Below are positions 1 to 13,501 of a stretch of DNA of 64,000 nucleotides, piece after piece (the stretch's first letter is position 1; each line of letters opens with the position of its first letter). A model generated the notes under the pieces. That model made no database searches and was not told where the DNA came from. It saw only the letters and a list, made by a program, of their open reading frames with translations. This DNA is from Takakia lepidozioides (lineage: Eukaryota > Plantae > Bryophyta): contig CM060734.1 in the NCBI GenBank assembly GCA_030704615.1, positions 2,542,001 to 2,606,000 of the forward strand. Reading direction: 5' to 3'. The position numbers were made by a program, and so were the translations under genes.

Positions 1-20
1 ATGCACAGATAGCAGCACCA

Positions 21-1808
21 TTGAGCAAACTTCTGAAGAAAGATGCAGTGTTTACATGGACACCTGAATGTCAACAGGCTTTTGAGGAATTTACATTGTC
101 AGTAACAACTACACTTGTGCTGATTAATCCTCACTGGCAGGAAATATTTCATGTTCACTGTGATGCTTCTGGAGAAGCACTAGGAGCAGTGTTAGCCCAA
201 AATGTTACAGGAAGGATAGATTCACCTGTGTACTATGCTAGCCGATTGATGAACAATGCCGAAAGAAATTATAGCACAACGGAAAGAGAAGCATTGGCAA
301 TGATCTATGCAGTGAAGAAATTCAGGCATTACCTGTTGGGCAAGAAGTTTATGTTCTATGTGGATCACCAGGCTCTGATATACCTGGTAAACAAACCTCT
401 GATAAGCGGAAGAATAGCAAGATGGTTGATAATCTTGCACGAGTTTGAGTTTGAGGTTGTTTACAAGCCTAGGAGGCTGCATCTTGTGGCGGATCACTTG
501 TCACGGTTATCAACAAGAGAACCAGCCACGGGAGTAGATGATCAATTACCAGATGCGAGTCTATTTGCAGTGGAGGTGCAGGGAAGTGCAGATGACTGGT
601 TAGATTGGCAGTGGCCAATCAGATACTACCTTGCTCATGGTCAGTGCCCACCAAGTTATGGAAAGGAGCAGAGAAAGAGAATTGCTATCAAGGCTCTACC
701 TTACACTATGGTAGGGAGCAGAATGTATAAGCTAGGACCAGATGGAGTGCTGAAGCGATGCTTATACCACCATGAAGTTAATAAAGTTTTGGAGGAAGTT
801 CATAAAGGAGTGGCAGGAGGTCATTTTGGAGAAGAGACTACCAGTAGGAAGATACTACATGCAGGTTACTGGTGGCCTACTTTGTTCAAATATGTACACA
901 AGTATTGTCAGAGTTGTGATGAATGTCAGAGGCTAGGACCTTTGCAGAGATCTGGGAAGATGGCTTTGCATCCTACAATGCCTACGGAACCATTTCAGAA
1001 ATGGGGACTAGACTTTGTTGGACCAATTAACCCACCAGCCAAGAATACACAGAACAGGTACATAATTACAGCCACTGATTATACTACGAAGTGGGTGGAA
1101 GCTAAAGCTTTGAGGGACAACACAGCCAAGTCCACAGCAAGGTTCCTGTATGAGAACATACTTACACAATTTGGCTGTCCCTTGGAATTTATCAGTGATC
1201 AGGGAAGTCACTTCATTAATGAGACCATTGAATTATTGACTAAAGAGTTCATGATTGTGCATAGGAAGAGTACAACATATTACCCACAGGGTAATGGGCA
1301 GGCAGAGGCTACCAACAAAATACTATGTACTATCTTGGCTAAGATAGTCAATGCAAACAGAACGGATTGGGATACAAAGCTGCTGACAGCTTTGTGGTCA
1401 TACAGGACTTCATATAAAGTCACCACTAAGTATACACCATTCCAATTAGTTTATGGTATGGAAGCTTTACTTCCAGTGGAATTCCTGTTACCTACCATGA
1501 GAACGGAATGGGGAAAGAGAATGGAATTGCAAGATTCAATTAAGGTCAGGAAACATGAATTATACCATGTGGAAGAAGTACGTGCTGATGCAGCTGATAA
1601 TATGACCAGAATTCAGATGAAGAGGAAGGAACAGTTTGATGAAGACAAGTTAAAGACTTTTAAGACGGGAGATTTGGTTCTCTGGTTGCATAAGAAGGGA
1701 AAGATTAAAGCTTCTAAGTTTAAATCACCATGGAAAGGACCTTATGTCATACAGAAGATGATGATAACAACACCACCATGTTACAAACCATTAACAAAGA
1801 GATACTAG
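21..1808 (+). mobile_element. Ty3/Gypsy pol fragment (RT connection, RNase H, integrase), 5' part outside the window
   Basis: RNase H motifs HCDAS-ALGAVLAQ and NYSTTEREALA, integrase HHCC (GHFG...YWWP...CDECQ), core [28 protein letters not shown] motif (WKGPY). The C-terminus continues by frameshift into ORF 1730-2158. Confidence 0.95.
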
Positions 1809-1974
1809 GAAGAGTCAATGCCAATAAGTTGAAGGGGTACAGTGGTATCCATGACAAACCATTGCAGCATGATTTGCATGTTGAAACGCAAAAGCAGTCA
1901 CGGACTGCGCCAGTGATACCAACAGAGTATGGAGCACTTGTCGCTAGGCCGAGCGTATATGACCAGGGCGGGCA

Positions 1975-2130
1975 GTACAGGCACGACACAGCCTATCACA
2001 GCCCAGCACGGCGCGACACAACATATCACAGCCCAGCACGCCGCGACACAGCCTATCACAGCTTACCACAATGCCACACAGCCTATCACAACGTACCACA
2101 GTATGACACAGTCTGTCACAGCACAACACA
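1975..2130 (+). repeat. ~30-bp tandem repeat (about 5 copies) downstream of the integrase
   Basis: Unit close to gacacagcctatcacagcccagcacgccgc; reads RDTAYHSPAR repeated. Confidence 0.85.
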
Positions 2131-2161
2131 GCCTACTAGGGTTACACAATCCATATGATCA

Positions 2162-5100
2162 ATGACAGATGGACGTGGGTTAATATCCGGAGAGTGGCCA
2201 GCGGAAAAATGGACAAAGGCACGTGTAGAAATGGAAACGTGGACGCCAGGGCGAGACACACAGCCGGACATGGATTGCAAGGGCGACTGTCATCAAGGAA
2301 AAAGACAAAATTGGCCGTCAAAGTACCTACCCAGCACATTAACTTATTATGGGCCCATTAATGCATACGGGGAAAGGGTAACGGAACCCTTTAAAAGTAC
2401 CGAAAAGCGAAATCCATGTCACATGTGCTATCCTAGTGGACAGTCCAGAGTGGAAAATCCATGGAAGGAAATTAAATCTAAAATCCAGTCACAGCGGTTA
2501 CAGCCAATCATAAGCCAGAAGCAGGATCAAGAAATTGGAGGGATTTTAAGCGCAAGAGTCGGCGTCGTTCCAAGTAACGGGCGTCACGACGGGACATACC
2601 ATCAATGCTATAGCTTTGAAGCTATGGAGGAACTAACAGACTATACGTTCGTGATACTACTTACGCAGTGGCACGAGGATAGAAGAACAGAGAGTATCTT
2701 TTCTCTTAATCGATGCTTGCAAGCCCCGCAGGCTTACAAGAAATTACCCATAGCATTTTGTGGCAACAATACGTTTATGCTTTGTGCCCTGCAGGCATTT
2801 CTTCAATTGTTACATCCAAAACCTTTCTGTGGGTCTAGAATGAAGAGAGTGAGAAGAATGGAAGAAATCAGGGTGAAGAGCACCACAATCCTGCAGAAAC
2901 AAACGATTGCTACTCCACATGCGGTACAGTTACTGAAGGAGCTGCGATTAGAAGGATTGCAAAGCAAAGATTGGACATTGCACCATAGGCAGTATATGTT
3001 ACAATTCTTGCAGAACTTTGAGCCTAGGACAGGAGCAACAACGGTGAAGGGAGTTGAATTAGAAATTACTCCCCTATACCTACAGCAATTGTTTGAATTG
3101 CCATCAGGTCAGGTGCATGTGGAGGAGCACAGGGCAAGACTGCAAATAGGGGACTTATTCCAAGAAGGGAGTTTATTTAAAACTCAGGGTTATGCTTGTA
3201 CCAAGGCCGTGTACCCAGGGCTAAGGGAGGTAGGCCAGGTATTGAACGTTCTGTTTGCCATGAAACAGAACCAACAGTATTTGAGCAGATCCTTTACAGA
3301 GGAAATACTCAAAGCCCTGAGAGGAGAAGAGGTAGCATGGGCGGACATAATGTACAACGCACTGGTAGAGGAGATGAAAAGATTACAGGGCACTGCCGCA
3401 AAGTATCCTATCATAGTGTCTGGCCCAATCATTGCTCAAATAATTCTTGATTCTTGCATACTTGATGCTCGGGAAAGAAAGGAGATGAGAGTGTTTGAGG
3501 CCGAAACCACTGCAATGGAAGAGCAAGGCTCTTCACACAGTGAGGGTGGACTGGCAGGGCAACCCCAGTCTAAGAGAGAGGCGGGGAAAGACTGTAGTGG
3601 CGGATCCACTGGCTTCACGGAAACCGCATGATAATGTTTCCCAAGCTCTTGTGCAGGAAGGGGCACAGCAGCACAGAGAGCTGCTATTATTGGAAGCAGG
3701 GCCTTCAGAGAGGGAAAAGGAAGTTACTTCAGTATCACAGCCATCACAGCCAGATGATCGGCTTGTCACAGAGTTACCACAAGTTGTCCATGCAGTTCCA
3801 CCAGAAATAATTGATTTGGAGAAAGAAGGGTTAGATATCCCCACTACAGAACAGGTGGTGGCAGAAATTGAGAAGGGGGACCTTCTCTATGAAAATTCTG
3901 GTTTGGTCAGGGAAACAATGATTACAGAGGTGCAGCGGTTGTCCAGGGGAAACCCTGCTATGCATATAATACACACACCTGTGACGGAGGTACCACAAGT
4001 AGAATGTCAAGACACTGCAGCACCTGGGACGGATGAAGTGGTTCAGGAAGAAAATCTGGTGGGGCAATGGCCTGAATGGTTCGTGAGGCATCACACTGTT
4101 GAGGATAAGGGAGAACAGCAGCAAGCTCACCATGATGACCCTCAACATACCATGCTTATGAGTTCCATAAGCATGACACTTAATTTGTTGGGCACTTATG
4201 TCAAATCCCACGTTCCAACTACCCAATTGGCAGCTTTGAGGGAGGAACTCAGGAAGGAGTTTGAGGCTCGACTTGCCACTGAGTGTGCAAACAAGGTCGA
4301 TGAGGAGGTCACTCTCAAGATACAGCAAGACTTAGAGAGTACAAAAGCTGCTTTGCAATTGGCCAAGGAACAATTGATTGAGGCAGACCTCACGCAAGAC
4401 CAGTTGCACGAAGCACATAAGCAACAGCTATACCAAATGCAGGTGAAGCATGAAAGCAAGTTGCAAGAAGTGAATGCACTACATACGGAGTTGCAGACAG
4501 TGCATGATAGGATGACCATACAATGTGCTACACTCACAACTACGCTTGAGCACACTACATTAGAAGTTAACAGTCAAGCGGAAAGATGTACGAAGGCAGA
4601 GGCAGAGAATATCGAGCAAGCGAAACTCATTGTCGATATGAAGAATACAATCTGTCGCAATGAGAATACCTTTAAGCAATACAGGCAGGTTGAAGCTGAC
4701 CAAGAGAGGTACATCCTGGAATTGCGACAAACGCTCATGTCCAATAGAAATGAACTCTCTGTGGCTAACAAGGCTTGGAAGGAAGCCAATAATCTGGCTG
4801 CTGCATATGCGAATTTGGTTGAACCTCATGCGAAGCGCATGGAGGCTTTACAGTACAGATAGATGTGTACAGGCTCACAGAGGAACAAACTCTCAGGGGT
4901 GCCACAAGCAACTTGGTGGACAACCACCTTATGCAGGTCTGGTTAGCACAAGGGCCGGTGGAAGGCAAAACACCACAAAAGCTCACCCAAAGCGAGATGA
5001 ATGAGCTCAGACTGCAAGTGCAGAACATTGCCACAACTACTATAGACAATGTCTATAGTAGAATAGCGGAGCTACAAGAGGATGTAGACGGCCTGCAGAC

Positions 5101-5734
5101 TCAGGTAGAGGACCTGACATCAAATATTGACAAGAGAGTCTTTGTACCTGAGGAGCAACTGATGGCTTCTTATTTACAAGCCAGAACTTTGGCTTTTCAG
5201 TCTTCTTCGCAGGGGGTGCAGGAGATGCCAATGGTACAAGAGCCAGTGCCACCAACACCACAACAAGTCATTGTGCCAGTAGCTGACTTTGTTGTTACTA
5301 CAGCCACACCACAGCCACCACAGCCTGAGGTATGGGGGAATGCTACTTTTAACCCACCTAAAACTCCTGCTGCACGGGAGTACAGTCGAGCTATGATTAT
5401 GCCCTTCAACCAAATTCCCATTGTGTTGGATTTGGCTTGGAAGGAATTTAGTCCTCCGTAGTCGTTGGCACATTACTATCAAATCATGCGCATTTGGCTG
5501 CCAGTGGCAACTAGGACTAAAGTTCTTCCGAACAATCGACCAATTGAGGATCATCACTTTGCGCAGTACTGGCATGAGGCAAGTACCATGTTGAAGGAAT
5601 TAATTGCCTTCCAAGTTGTACATGGATTCATTTATACCATGACCAAGGAGGTAGCAAGTATTGTCATGGGCTGCGGGTTATACTACGCTGCTTATTTTCT
5701 GGCACGTTATCACATTGAGCAGCAGAAGATGTAA
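2162..5734 (+). pseudogene. Accessory ORF downstream of Gypsy pol (plant-transposon-protein-like N-terminus, then coiled coil), disrupted
   Basis: Colinear ORFs 2162-3631, 3495-4862, 4865-5461 and 5465-5734 broken by frameshifts and stops. QFLQNFEP..TVKGVELEITP..LQQLFELP resembles Gypsy accessory-ORF domains. Q/E/L-rich heptad region at about 4200-5130. Confidence 0.6.
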
Positions 5735-5859
5735 ACCCGCAATCTCATAACAAAAAACATAATCCTTACCAAACCACCACCCATTTAATCTTGTTACATA
5801 GGTTTTGCAGTATCTATATATCTATCTTCTGAAACATTTTTATTTTACAAAAACATAAT

Positions 5860-5935
5860 GTCCATCAGAGATAGAACCCACAACCTATCGGGTATCAAGC
5901 CTAGTTCATACCACTACACTACCCATTCAGACTTG
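5860..5935 (-). repeat. Possible tRNA-derived SINE head
   Basis: Minus strand reads ggtagtgtagtggt...gtgggttctatctc, with A-box-like and B-box-like motifs at tRNA-like spacing. Confidence 0.3.
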
Positions 5936-6590
5936 GAACACTAATGAAATGAAACACTAATGAGATAAAGAGAGTCACCCTGTGTGTACATAACATGCCA
6001 TAATACTCATAAAGGTTGATCTTACTAATGATGGAATTTGATAGTGCTGAAGTGCATGTCGAACTTGCATTCAGGTAAAGGGATCTATGAAATGCAGTAG
6101 AGATCTATGTACAAACTATTACATAGATAAATCAAATGACAGGAAGATAACATGAAATCTGATTTCAACACCATGTCATTTGCCCCATTTGTTTTACCTT
6201 ACACTAGAGAGAAATACTGTATCATAAAAAATAACAAAAAATTCGGACCGACAATGAGGACAATATATTGTATATGTAATTTCTAATTACCTACATAACA
6301 TCATCAGCTGATACTTCATCATTCGTGTTGCTCTTCGGTCAAACAACAGATCATTGGAAAGACCTACATCACGTTGTTGATGTATTGAATGCAAAGCTTG
6401 GGACTCGGCATACGAAGGTAGATAAAACGATGAAAGAGGACTTTGGGGTAGACTATCGTAGATGGTCCGCACAATCCCATCACTGCATCACACATACATG
6501 TATACTTATGTTAACAAATCAAATGGGAATGGTTTGCTTTGCAAATAATATAGAGATTGCAACAAAGGGAATGGAGGCGAGACATACTCA

Positions 6591-7170
6591 CTAGGAAGTA
6601 CTGCCGAGATGAAGACCAAGCTTGCGCGCCACCTTAGGAGCGGGGGGTTCCAACAAACTCACAGGACGTTGAATGGTTGGAGTTACCACAGATGAAACCA
6701 AAACGGGTTGAGTATTTTGAAGTGCAGAGAGACGTGCTGCATACAACGTCTGGTCCCCTTAAGACCAAATACGTGACGTCCAGACTCGCGGGCAGCAATA
6801 AACGTAGAACCTACAGGAAAAAAACATGCAATGATGATATTATATCGGATAACAGTTAATGATCATGAATCAGCTCAGAAGATTTTAATTACAAAATGGA
6901 GACCAATGCAAACCTGTGCCAGCTGTGAGATCCAAAATGCAGGAGCCAGGAGGTGAGCATGTCTCCAACAACACTTGCATGAAGGCGGGACTACGGTCTC
7001 GCGCACCCCTCTAGGCTTGTTGAGGAGTTTGCATGGGTAGTGTAACATCTGGAATGTGGTTGTAGATGGCATCCAACTCAACAGGGTCTGTAAGGGGGTC
7101 CACAACTTTGCCAGACTCACGCAGTTTGAATAGTCCTCCTTGCTTGGTGAGGACATGGGCGTGGAAGAAC
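6591..7170 (-). pseudogene. Remnant of the last two exons of the ParB-MTase cargo gene (third copy in the window)
   Basis: Minus strand reads A*RGARDRSPAFMQVLLETCSPPGSCILDLTAGTG, then a GT..AG intron, then (G)STFIAARESGRHVFGLKG from 6810. Intron position and phase match 40099/40003. The reading frame is missing from the ORF track because of stops. Confidence 0.85.
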
Positions 7171-8348
7171 ATGGTCTGTTAGACGTGCCATTTCCACAAA
7201 AACAGTGCACCCGGATGGTTTAATAATATGTATGAGAGTGGGAAGCTGAAAAAGGAAAAACAACTGCCATGTTGGAGTGTCTGATTCATTATAATCCATT
7301 TTTCAAGAAGATTTTGTTCAGCTAGGTTGGGACAGCTCTGCTTTATGTCAAACCTTGTGTTTCACGAAGATTCACCAGCCAGCCAGATGTATTTTTACAT
7401 GCACATCACAGGTTCAGTGTCTTGTACTTGATACCAGTCTGTGGCTTGAAGGTTGATGGTGCAAGTGACCTTCTTTACCAGTTATTCGAAGATCTGGTCA
7501 TGTCTCTTGGGTTGGGAACTTTTGGAGGGGGTCGACTTGCATTGACTGGCCTCACCAACTAAGTTATTTTTCTATGGACACTGGTTAAAAGTTAAACCCC
7601 GGATCATTAGCCGTGACTGGGAAGAGTGGCAATGTCAGATTGTGCTTGTCTCATTTATTTGTGTGACTTGTGGTTCTTATTGGCTGGCATTGTGTAAGTT
7701 TGTCTTCCTTGAGAAGATATTGCTTAAAAGTTTCTTAGCACCTTCTTCAGTTACACACTGTGCCTTGCTTTCCATGCCTTTTCTGCATAATGAAAGTCTG
7801 GAGGCCTGCTCTATGCAACTGCATCAGTGCAGAGGAGATACTCAGGATACACATTGGTACTCAAATCTACCTCTGGAGATCCTAAGTGTTAGCAGGACTG
7901 TCTTGCAAGTTGTTCTTGTCTTTGCTCTGGGAAGAATCTCAAGACGACGATCCAAATCCCAGTGTCAGGGCCCCTCTTTGCTGGATATGCGTCCCTTATT
8001 TGGTGCTCCGATGGTTTTTAGATGCTTTCAAACATTCAAGCTGTTTTAAACAAATACGACGTTTGAAGAGGTCCAAAATTTGGAATTAAAAAGTATTAAA
8101 AAGAATTTTTTAATGGAATGTGTCAGAAAAGTAATAATATAATATTCATTATGTGAAACCAAAAATGAAGTTTTGAGAGCCGTGCTCATGAAATTTTCCC
8201 GGCGCTCATGGCAAATGCACTCGAGATCTGAAAAAATGGCGCTGAATTGCGCGATAATAGGTTCCGGAACCCTGGAAAATGATAACACATTTTGCGGGTG
8301 GATAAAAATGCATTTGAAATATCCAAATGATGGATTCCCTTTGCACCC

Positions 8349-8780
8349 TCAATGATTTACGGAATCCTTGCCGAGGAGTTTGTGGAGCTCGTTCAGGCTC
8401 AACGTTGGTGCATGAATGTAGTCATCAATAGTCAAGTTACACTTCAGCATCTTAAGGTAAATGCAATACAGATGCTTGCACGGATAATATGCCCCCTTCT
8501 TTGATTCCGTCAACAAAAAATCCGCACAATTGTAGGTCGGCTCAGAGGAGATTGTAATGGTGTATATGTCGTCGCGAGCAGCTGAGCCGGCCGTTGCCAT
8601 ACAATAAACACGCCCAAGGCCGGGTACGGGTACGGGTACGTCCCGGGAGCTTTGAATAGTACAGTTCATCCCAAGAGCATTGGCAATCCGCGTCTCATTC
8701 GTCTTGGTGGGAGGGCGTCGTCTCTTCACTTTTGCTGGTATGAGGAACTGAAAATGGGTGGGCCGGGAAAGCCCTTGATG
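8349..8780 (-). pseudogene. 3' fragment of the MULE transposase (SWIM zinc finger)
   Basis: YTITISSEPTYNCADF...YPCKHLY..IHAPTLS, homologous to 49071-49484. Confidence 0.85.
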
Positions 8781-10207
8781 AGGAGGGGTGCACAGGCTTG
8801 GTCTCATAATTTTTGGACCTTCGGTGTAGAAACGTGGAATTTCAAGTACTTTTGGTCGCTGGAAATTTGTGAAAAACAACAAAGTGGGCTTTCTTGGAGC
8901 GCCCTTCATTTGTCTTTTGTGCACGTGGACATACATGTAAATTGGGTCTTTTTTTAATATTGGCGTTCACAATATTGTTTGTAGTGTCATTGAGATCTCC
9001 CAAACCGCAGGGCATCTGGCCACGATTTTAGTATGGTTGGAAAGCCCTCGACGAGTAGGGGTGCACCGACTTAGTTTCACAAAATTTGGACCTACGAGCC
9101 GAGATTTATAGAAATATGAATAATTTTGGTCGCTAAAAATTCAACTAAATTACAAAATCAAGTGTTGGAAGGACACTGGAGGTCGCACTTGGGCCTCTAC
9201 ATGGGAGACGTACTTGGATACATAGGAGATTGCACTTGGGCTTAGATGGGCTTAACATAAGAGACACACTTGGATACATAAGAAATTTCACTTGGTCTTA
9301 GATTTCAATTCTTCACACATGGGCCAACGGCACATGCTACCCTAGTATTAATCAATGCATCCAGCCATCCAGCTACTCGCCACTGTTGTGCAATCAATGG
9401 AAATTTTTAATGTTTTTCTCCATAATACAAGCACAAGGGCGAGGCTGAGTGGGTGGGGGTTTGACTGCGGGCCCCGCCAAGGGCGTCCCGTCTCAGACAA
9501 GCACCGGTGACCGCACGAGTTAGCTGGCATGCGCGCATTCAACTCCTATCCTATGTCTAGTGTGTTCCAACCGAAAGAGGATAAAGCTTTAGAACCAACT
9601 TCCATGTCCCGACCGTCCCGGCCAAGTTTGGAAAACTTGGCCGACGTCGGTCAAGCATCGCCAACAGGTGGCAGGGATTGTTGCTTTTAGGCGTGCCCCA
9701 GCTGCACCTGCCGGTTAGCTAGCAGGCTAGTAGCTGCGGTTATCACGGCTGTTAGCTAGCAGGTCTGGCAGAAAACTGGGCGGCGGCCGCACCTGGTTGC
9801 TAACAAACTGCTTGTTAACTGGGACGGAGCTCGTGAACTTGGGAGCTGCTCTACTCCTCGACCGCGAAACTTGCAGGAAAGGGGGAGTTGATAAACTTGG
9901 GAGCAACCTGCAGGAAGATGGAGCTCGTTAACTTGGGAGGTCCTCGACTGTGAAACCTGCAAGGAAGAGGGAGGTTGGAGCTCATCAATTTGGGAGCTCA
10001 TAAAAGGTATGTTCGAACCCACCCGCTGCAGAAAAGCTGCTAGCTGATTTGGAGGATCACTCTGAGTAGTGTCATTGGAGAGAGAGAGAGAGAGAGAAGA
10101 CTCTGGCCGAGGCCGGCATAACTAGCCACTTCACCTTACGGCTACTGCCCCTTTTCGGGGGTGGGCCCTATAATAAAACAGGTAACCTGGGGACACCTAA
10201 GGGGTTT

Positions 10208-10396
10208 AGGGGTACCCTAGCGTACCTAGGGTACCTAAGTAGAGTTGGATTCCAGTTCCGTTTGTTGATCATAATAGCTGTGAGGGAGCGGAGCGGCCTG
10301 GGTATTCAGGGGTACCCTAGCGTACCTAGGGTACCTAAGTAGAGTTGGATTGTAGTTACCGTTTGTTGGTCATAATAGCTGTGAGGGAGCGGAGCG
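10208..10396. repeat. Near-identical direct duplication with ~100-bp period
   Basis: ggggtaccctagcgtacctagggtacctaagtagagttggatt...ataatagctgtgagggagcggagcg at about 10208-10295 and 10308-10396. Confidence 0.9.
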
Positions 10397-13387
10397 TTCT
10401 AAGGTGGATTGCTTTAAAACATTTACGAATAGGGGGGATGGGGATTTTAAAGTTTTTGTGTTGGTAATACTAGCGTTATGGATGCCGCCTCTAGTACCGG
10501 CAGTGATGACAGTTAGGGGCCAGGTGTCATTGCAAACAATTTCGAGCAGCCAGAGCGATGGTGGCTTCTGTGAGGGACAAAAAGACACCACTCGTGACTG
10601 ATGAAGAACGAAGAGTTGCATTTCTTCAAATGCAGGGCCATAAGTGATGTGACTTTTCTAGCACATACCTGAAATAAGCAGAGGAATTGTCGGAAGTGCT
10701 GACGCAAAAGAGCGACCCGTTCGGTTGTTTTTGTCCACTGCCGATCGGAGGCTGAACAAAAGGTGGGTTCTTCTCACAGGGTGTGTGGTGCTATTTGAGT
10801 ATCAGTTGTCGACTATAGTCTTAAGTCGGTAGTTCCTGATCCCAATCTCTCAGAGACGCTTTCATGAGGAGGATCAGCAGCATATCTGCATGAGGTGTTG
10901 CCTCTCAGATAATCCCTTGAGCAATAGTGGTTTCTGGGCTTGTGGAGGGCCCCTCTATCTTTCTTGTTTCATGAGCACTTTCGATTGTCCCATAAGCTCT
11001 TTGAGCTTTCCACAGACAATCATTCATTTCTCAATGTGATTCACGGTCATAAGGGTAGGATCTGAAGGGAATGGAGGAGAGAAATGAAGAGGTTAACTGC
11101 AGGCAAATGGTAAAGCTGTGGTCTAGAAGGCAGTGTTTTTGGTTCAGATGATTGCAACTGAACCAAGCAGGAGAGGACCAGGAGAGGGGGTCAACATGGA
11201 CTCTTGTAGCACTTGCGGTGATGTGATAGCACTATGTAAGGCAGGAGGACAGCCACAATGCGGGAGGGCGGAGCTCCGCTCTCCCGCCGCCAGCCTTGCT
11301 ACTTCCAGTAACCATGACTAATTCTTTAGGGGTCTGCAGTATTCTCGTCTTATTTTCTTCTTTCTTTAGTAACGCCGCTAATTTATCCTCCCCCCGATTT
11401 TAGCTATGCCTGCCGCCATGACACGAGCTCGTGCTCGCCGCACTACTCCACATCTGCCTCGCAGCTCCTCTCGTCTCTATCTGCTTAGCAAGAACAACCC
11501 TCTTCCGTGGCTTCGTTTAAGCGGCTCTACAATAGTTTTCATCTGGTTTCTTGCTCTCAAAGTTTCAACAGGTATTCATAACAGGGTGTCCAACTGCCCG
11601 CTCGCTCACGCTGCGTCCTTGGAGACCTTGCTGAGTTTTGGTTCCCCACGGCTATGCTTTGTTGAATACCATTACTTTTGCTCTCACGGATCACATGGCT
11701 TGCTCCGTCAAAAGCCTCCTCCTCTGGTATATACAGATGTTTGTGCTCGAAGCCTCCCCATTACACACATGGAGCTCCTGCGGTGCGGGCCAGACTACGC
11801 TGCTCCTCTCTTCAACATCGGTAGCTCGTCACCCACAGCATTGCTGTTTGCGGCCCATGACCACCCGACAAGCGCAACTTATGCACGCTGCAGCTGGAGA
11901 GATTCGCTACTTATGAGTACATCACAAGAGATTCCCCTGCTGGACTGTGTAACGAGGTTTGGATTCAACATCTTAGGTGTGATGCCCTAAGTGTGCCGAC
12001 TTGCACCTGGCCTCCCCAGCATCATCATTCCGCGCCAGTTGGTGGCAATTTACCAGGGTCCTGGGGCCCGAATCAAGTTCGAATGCAATTCAAAGGAGGC
12101 AGTGAAGCTAGATCTTACTATGCACTATCTGAACTCTATAGGACAAATGTCAGGCATTATGATCCGGAGAGATAATCACAGGAATCCCCCTCCAGCACTT
12201 GGGCAACTCACTACCGTACCATGGAAGATTGCATGTCATGCTGCGTACTCTCGCCGCAAATCTCTTGATGAAACTGGCGCTGCCCTCCCCACGGCAAGAT
12301 CTGCCGATCTGCACGGCAGACCACTGATGCCTGATCCACATAGGCCTTGTTCAAAGGGAAAGATGGCGCACCAAAGCGACGATATGCACACTACAATGAA
12401 AGGCTCTCTCCCCTTCAAGCTGGAGTTTACTCTCGATGCTTCTATCTCTCAATCAGATATGAGACACACCTGGACGCCAGTGCAGGACCAGTAAACTCAG
12501 CAGATTTGGATGACACACCAAACTTGCATGCTACTAGCTCGGTCAAAACAGAGAACAAGGCAGAACCTGATCTGCAGAATTTTCATGGTGAGCCCTGCAA
12601 GGTCAGGGAAACCCAGGTGGCAGGATATACTCCAGTTCAGGAGGATTTGTTGCACGAGGCTAAGCAGCAGCCCCTTGTTGTCTTCATGGAGAAGCAGAAC
12701 ATAGGCTCCTTGGATATGTCAACCTTCAACCCAACTACTGTACACAAGTCAAGTGACCTAAAGGTGCAGCAATATATGGACCTACTGAGCTGCAGATCCG
12801 GAATGGGGGAAGAATTTTGGAGAAGAGAAGCTGCAAATGCCTTGATTATGGAGCCATCCATCTCCGCCCCGGCTTGCTGGATATATGATCCAACAAACGC
12901 TACCATGCATGCTATTCCCCAACGTACACCAACTCAACAGGACAGACCATCCAGGGAATTGATCGCACGTGCTTTGTATGCTACCTCTACCCCTCAGTTT
13001 AGATGCCAACCGTTGCTATATATGCTTGTTACCTGTGCAATGTAACCTCATCCTCCACATGTCTATACCCCAGGAACTTATACCCTTAATGCTGGAAATA
13101 ATGTTCTTCATGTTGTACTTAGCCCTGACGACAGTGAAACCAGTGACATGGAATTGGAGTTTTTTGAGGCTGAGATGGTGTGCGTCATTCAAGATCCGGA
13201 CCAATTTGGCATCGATCAACTGCCAGGGGTAGAAACACTTTAGCTGAGCTGTCAACCCTCAGTTATTCCTGCTAGATGTGCAGTGTGTGTTGCTCGTGGC
13301 AAGGCCATGCAGTCAGCATCACTTCTCTGCAAAACTTGCACTGAGTTCTTCTACCAAATCTGCTTTTCTGTGCTTCATGTCACACCA

Positions 13388-13501
13388 TGCACAGGGCCAA
13401 AGACAGTCATCAAGTACTTGACCGATAGCATGTTGTTACAAGAGATTTTAATCAATGAGCAGCTTGTTTCTTATTTAGTGATAATGCTTGATGAGGCCCA
13501 G
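13388..13501 (+). pseudogene. Captured fragment of a spliceosomal DEAH-box RNA helicase (Prp22-like)
   Basis: CTGPKTVIKYLTDSMLLQEILINEQLVSYLVIMLDEAQ matches the Prp22-type segment [21 protein letters not shown]...YSVIMLDEAH (motifs Ib-II). The rest of the helicase is absent. Confidence 0.8.
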
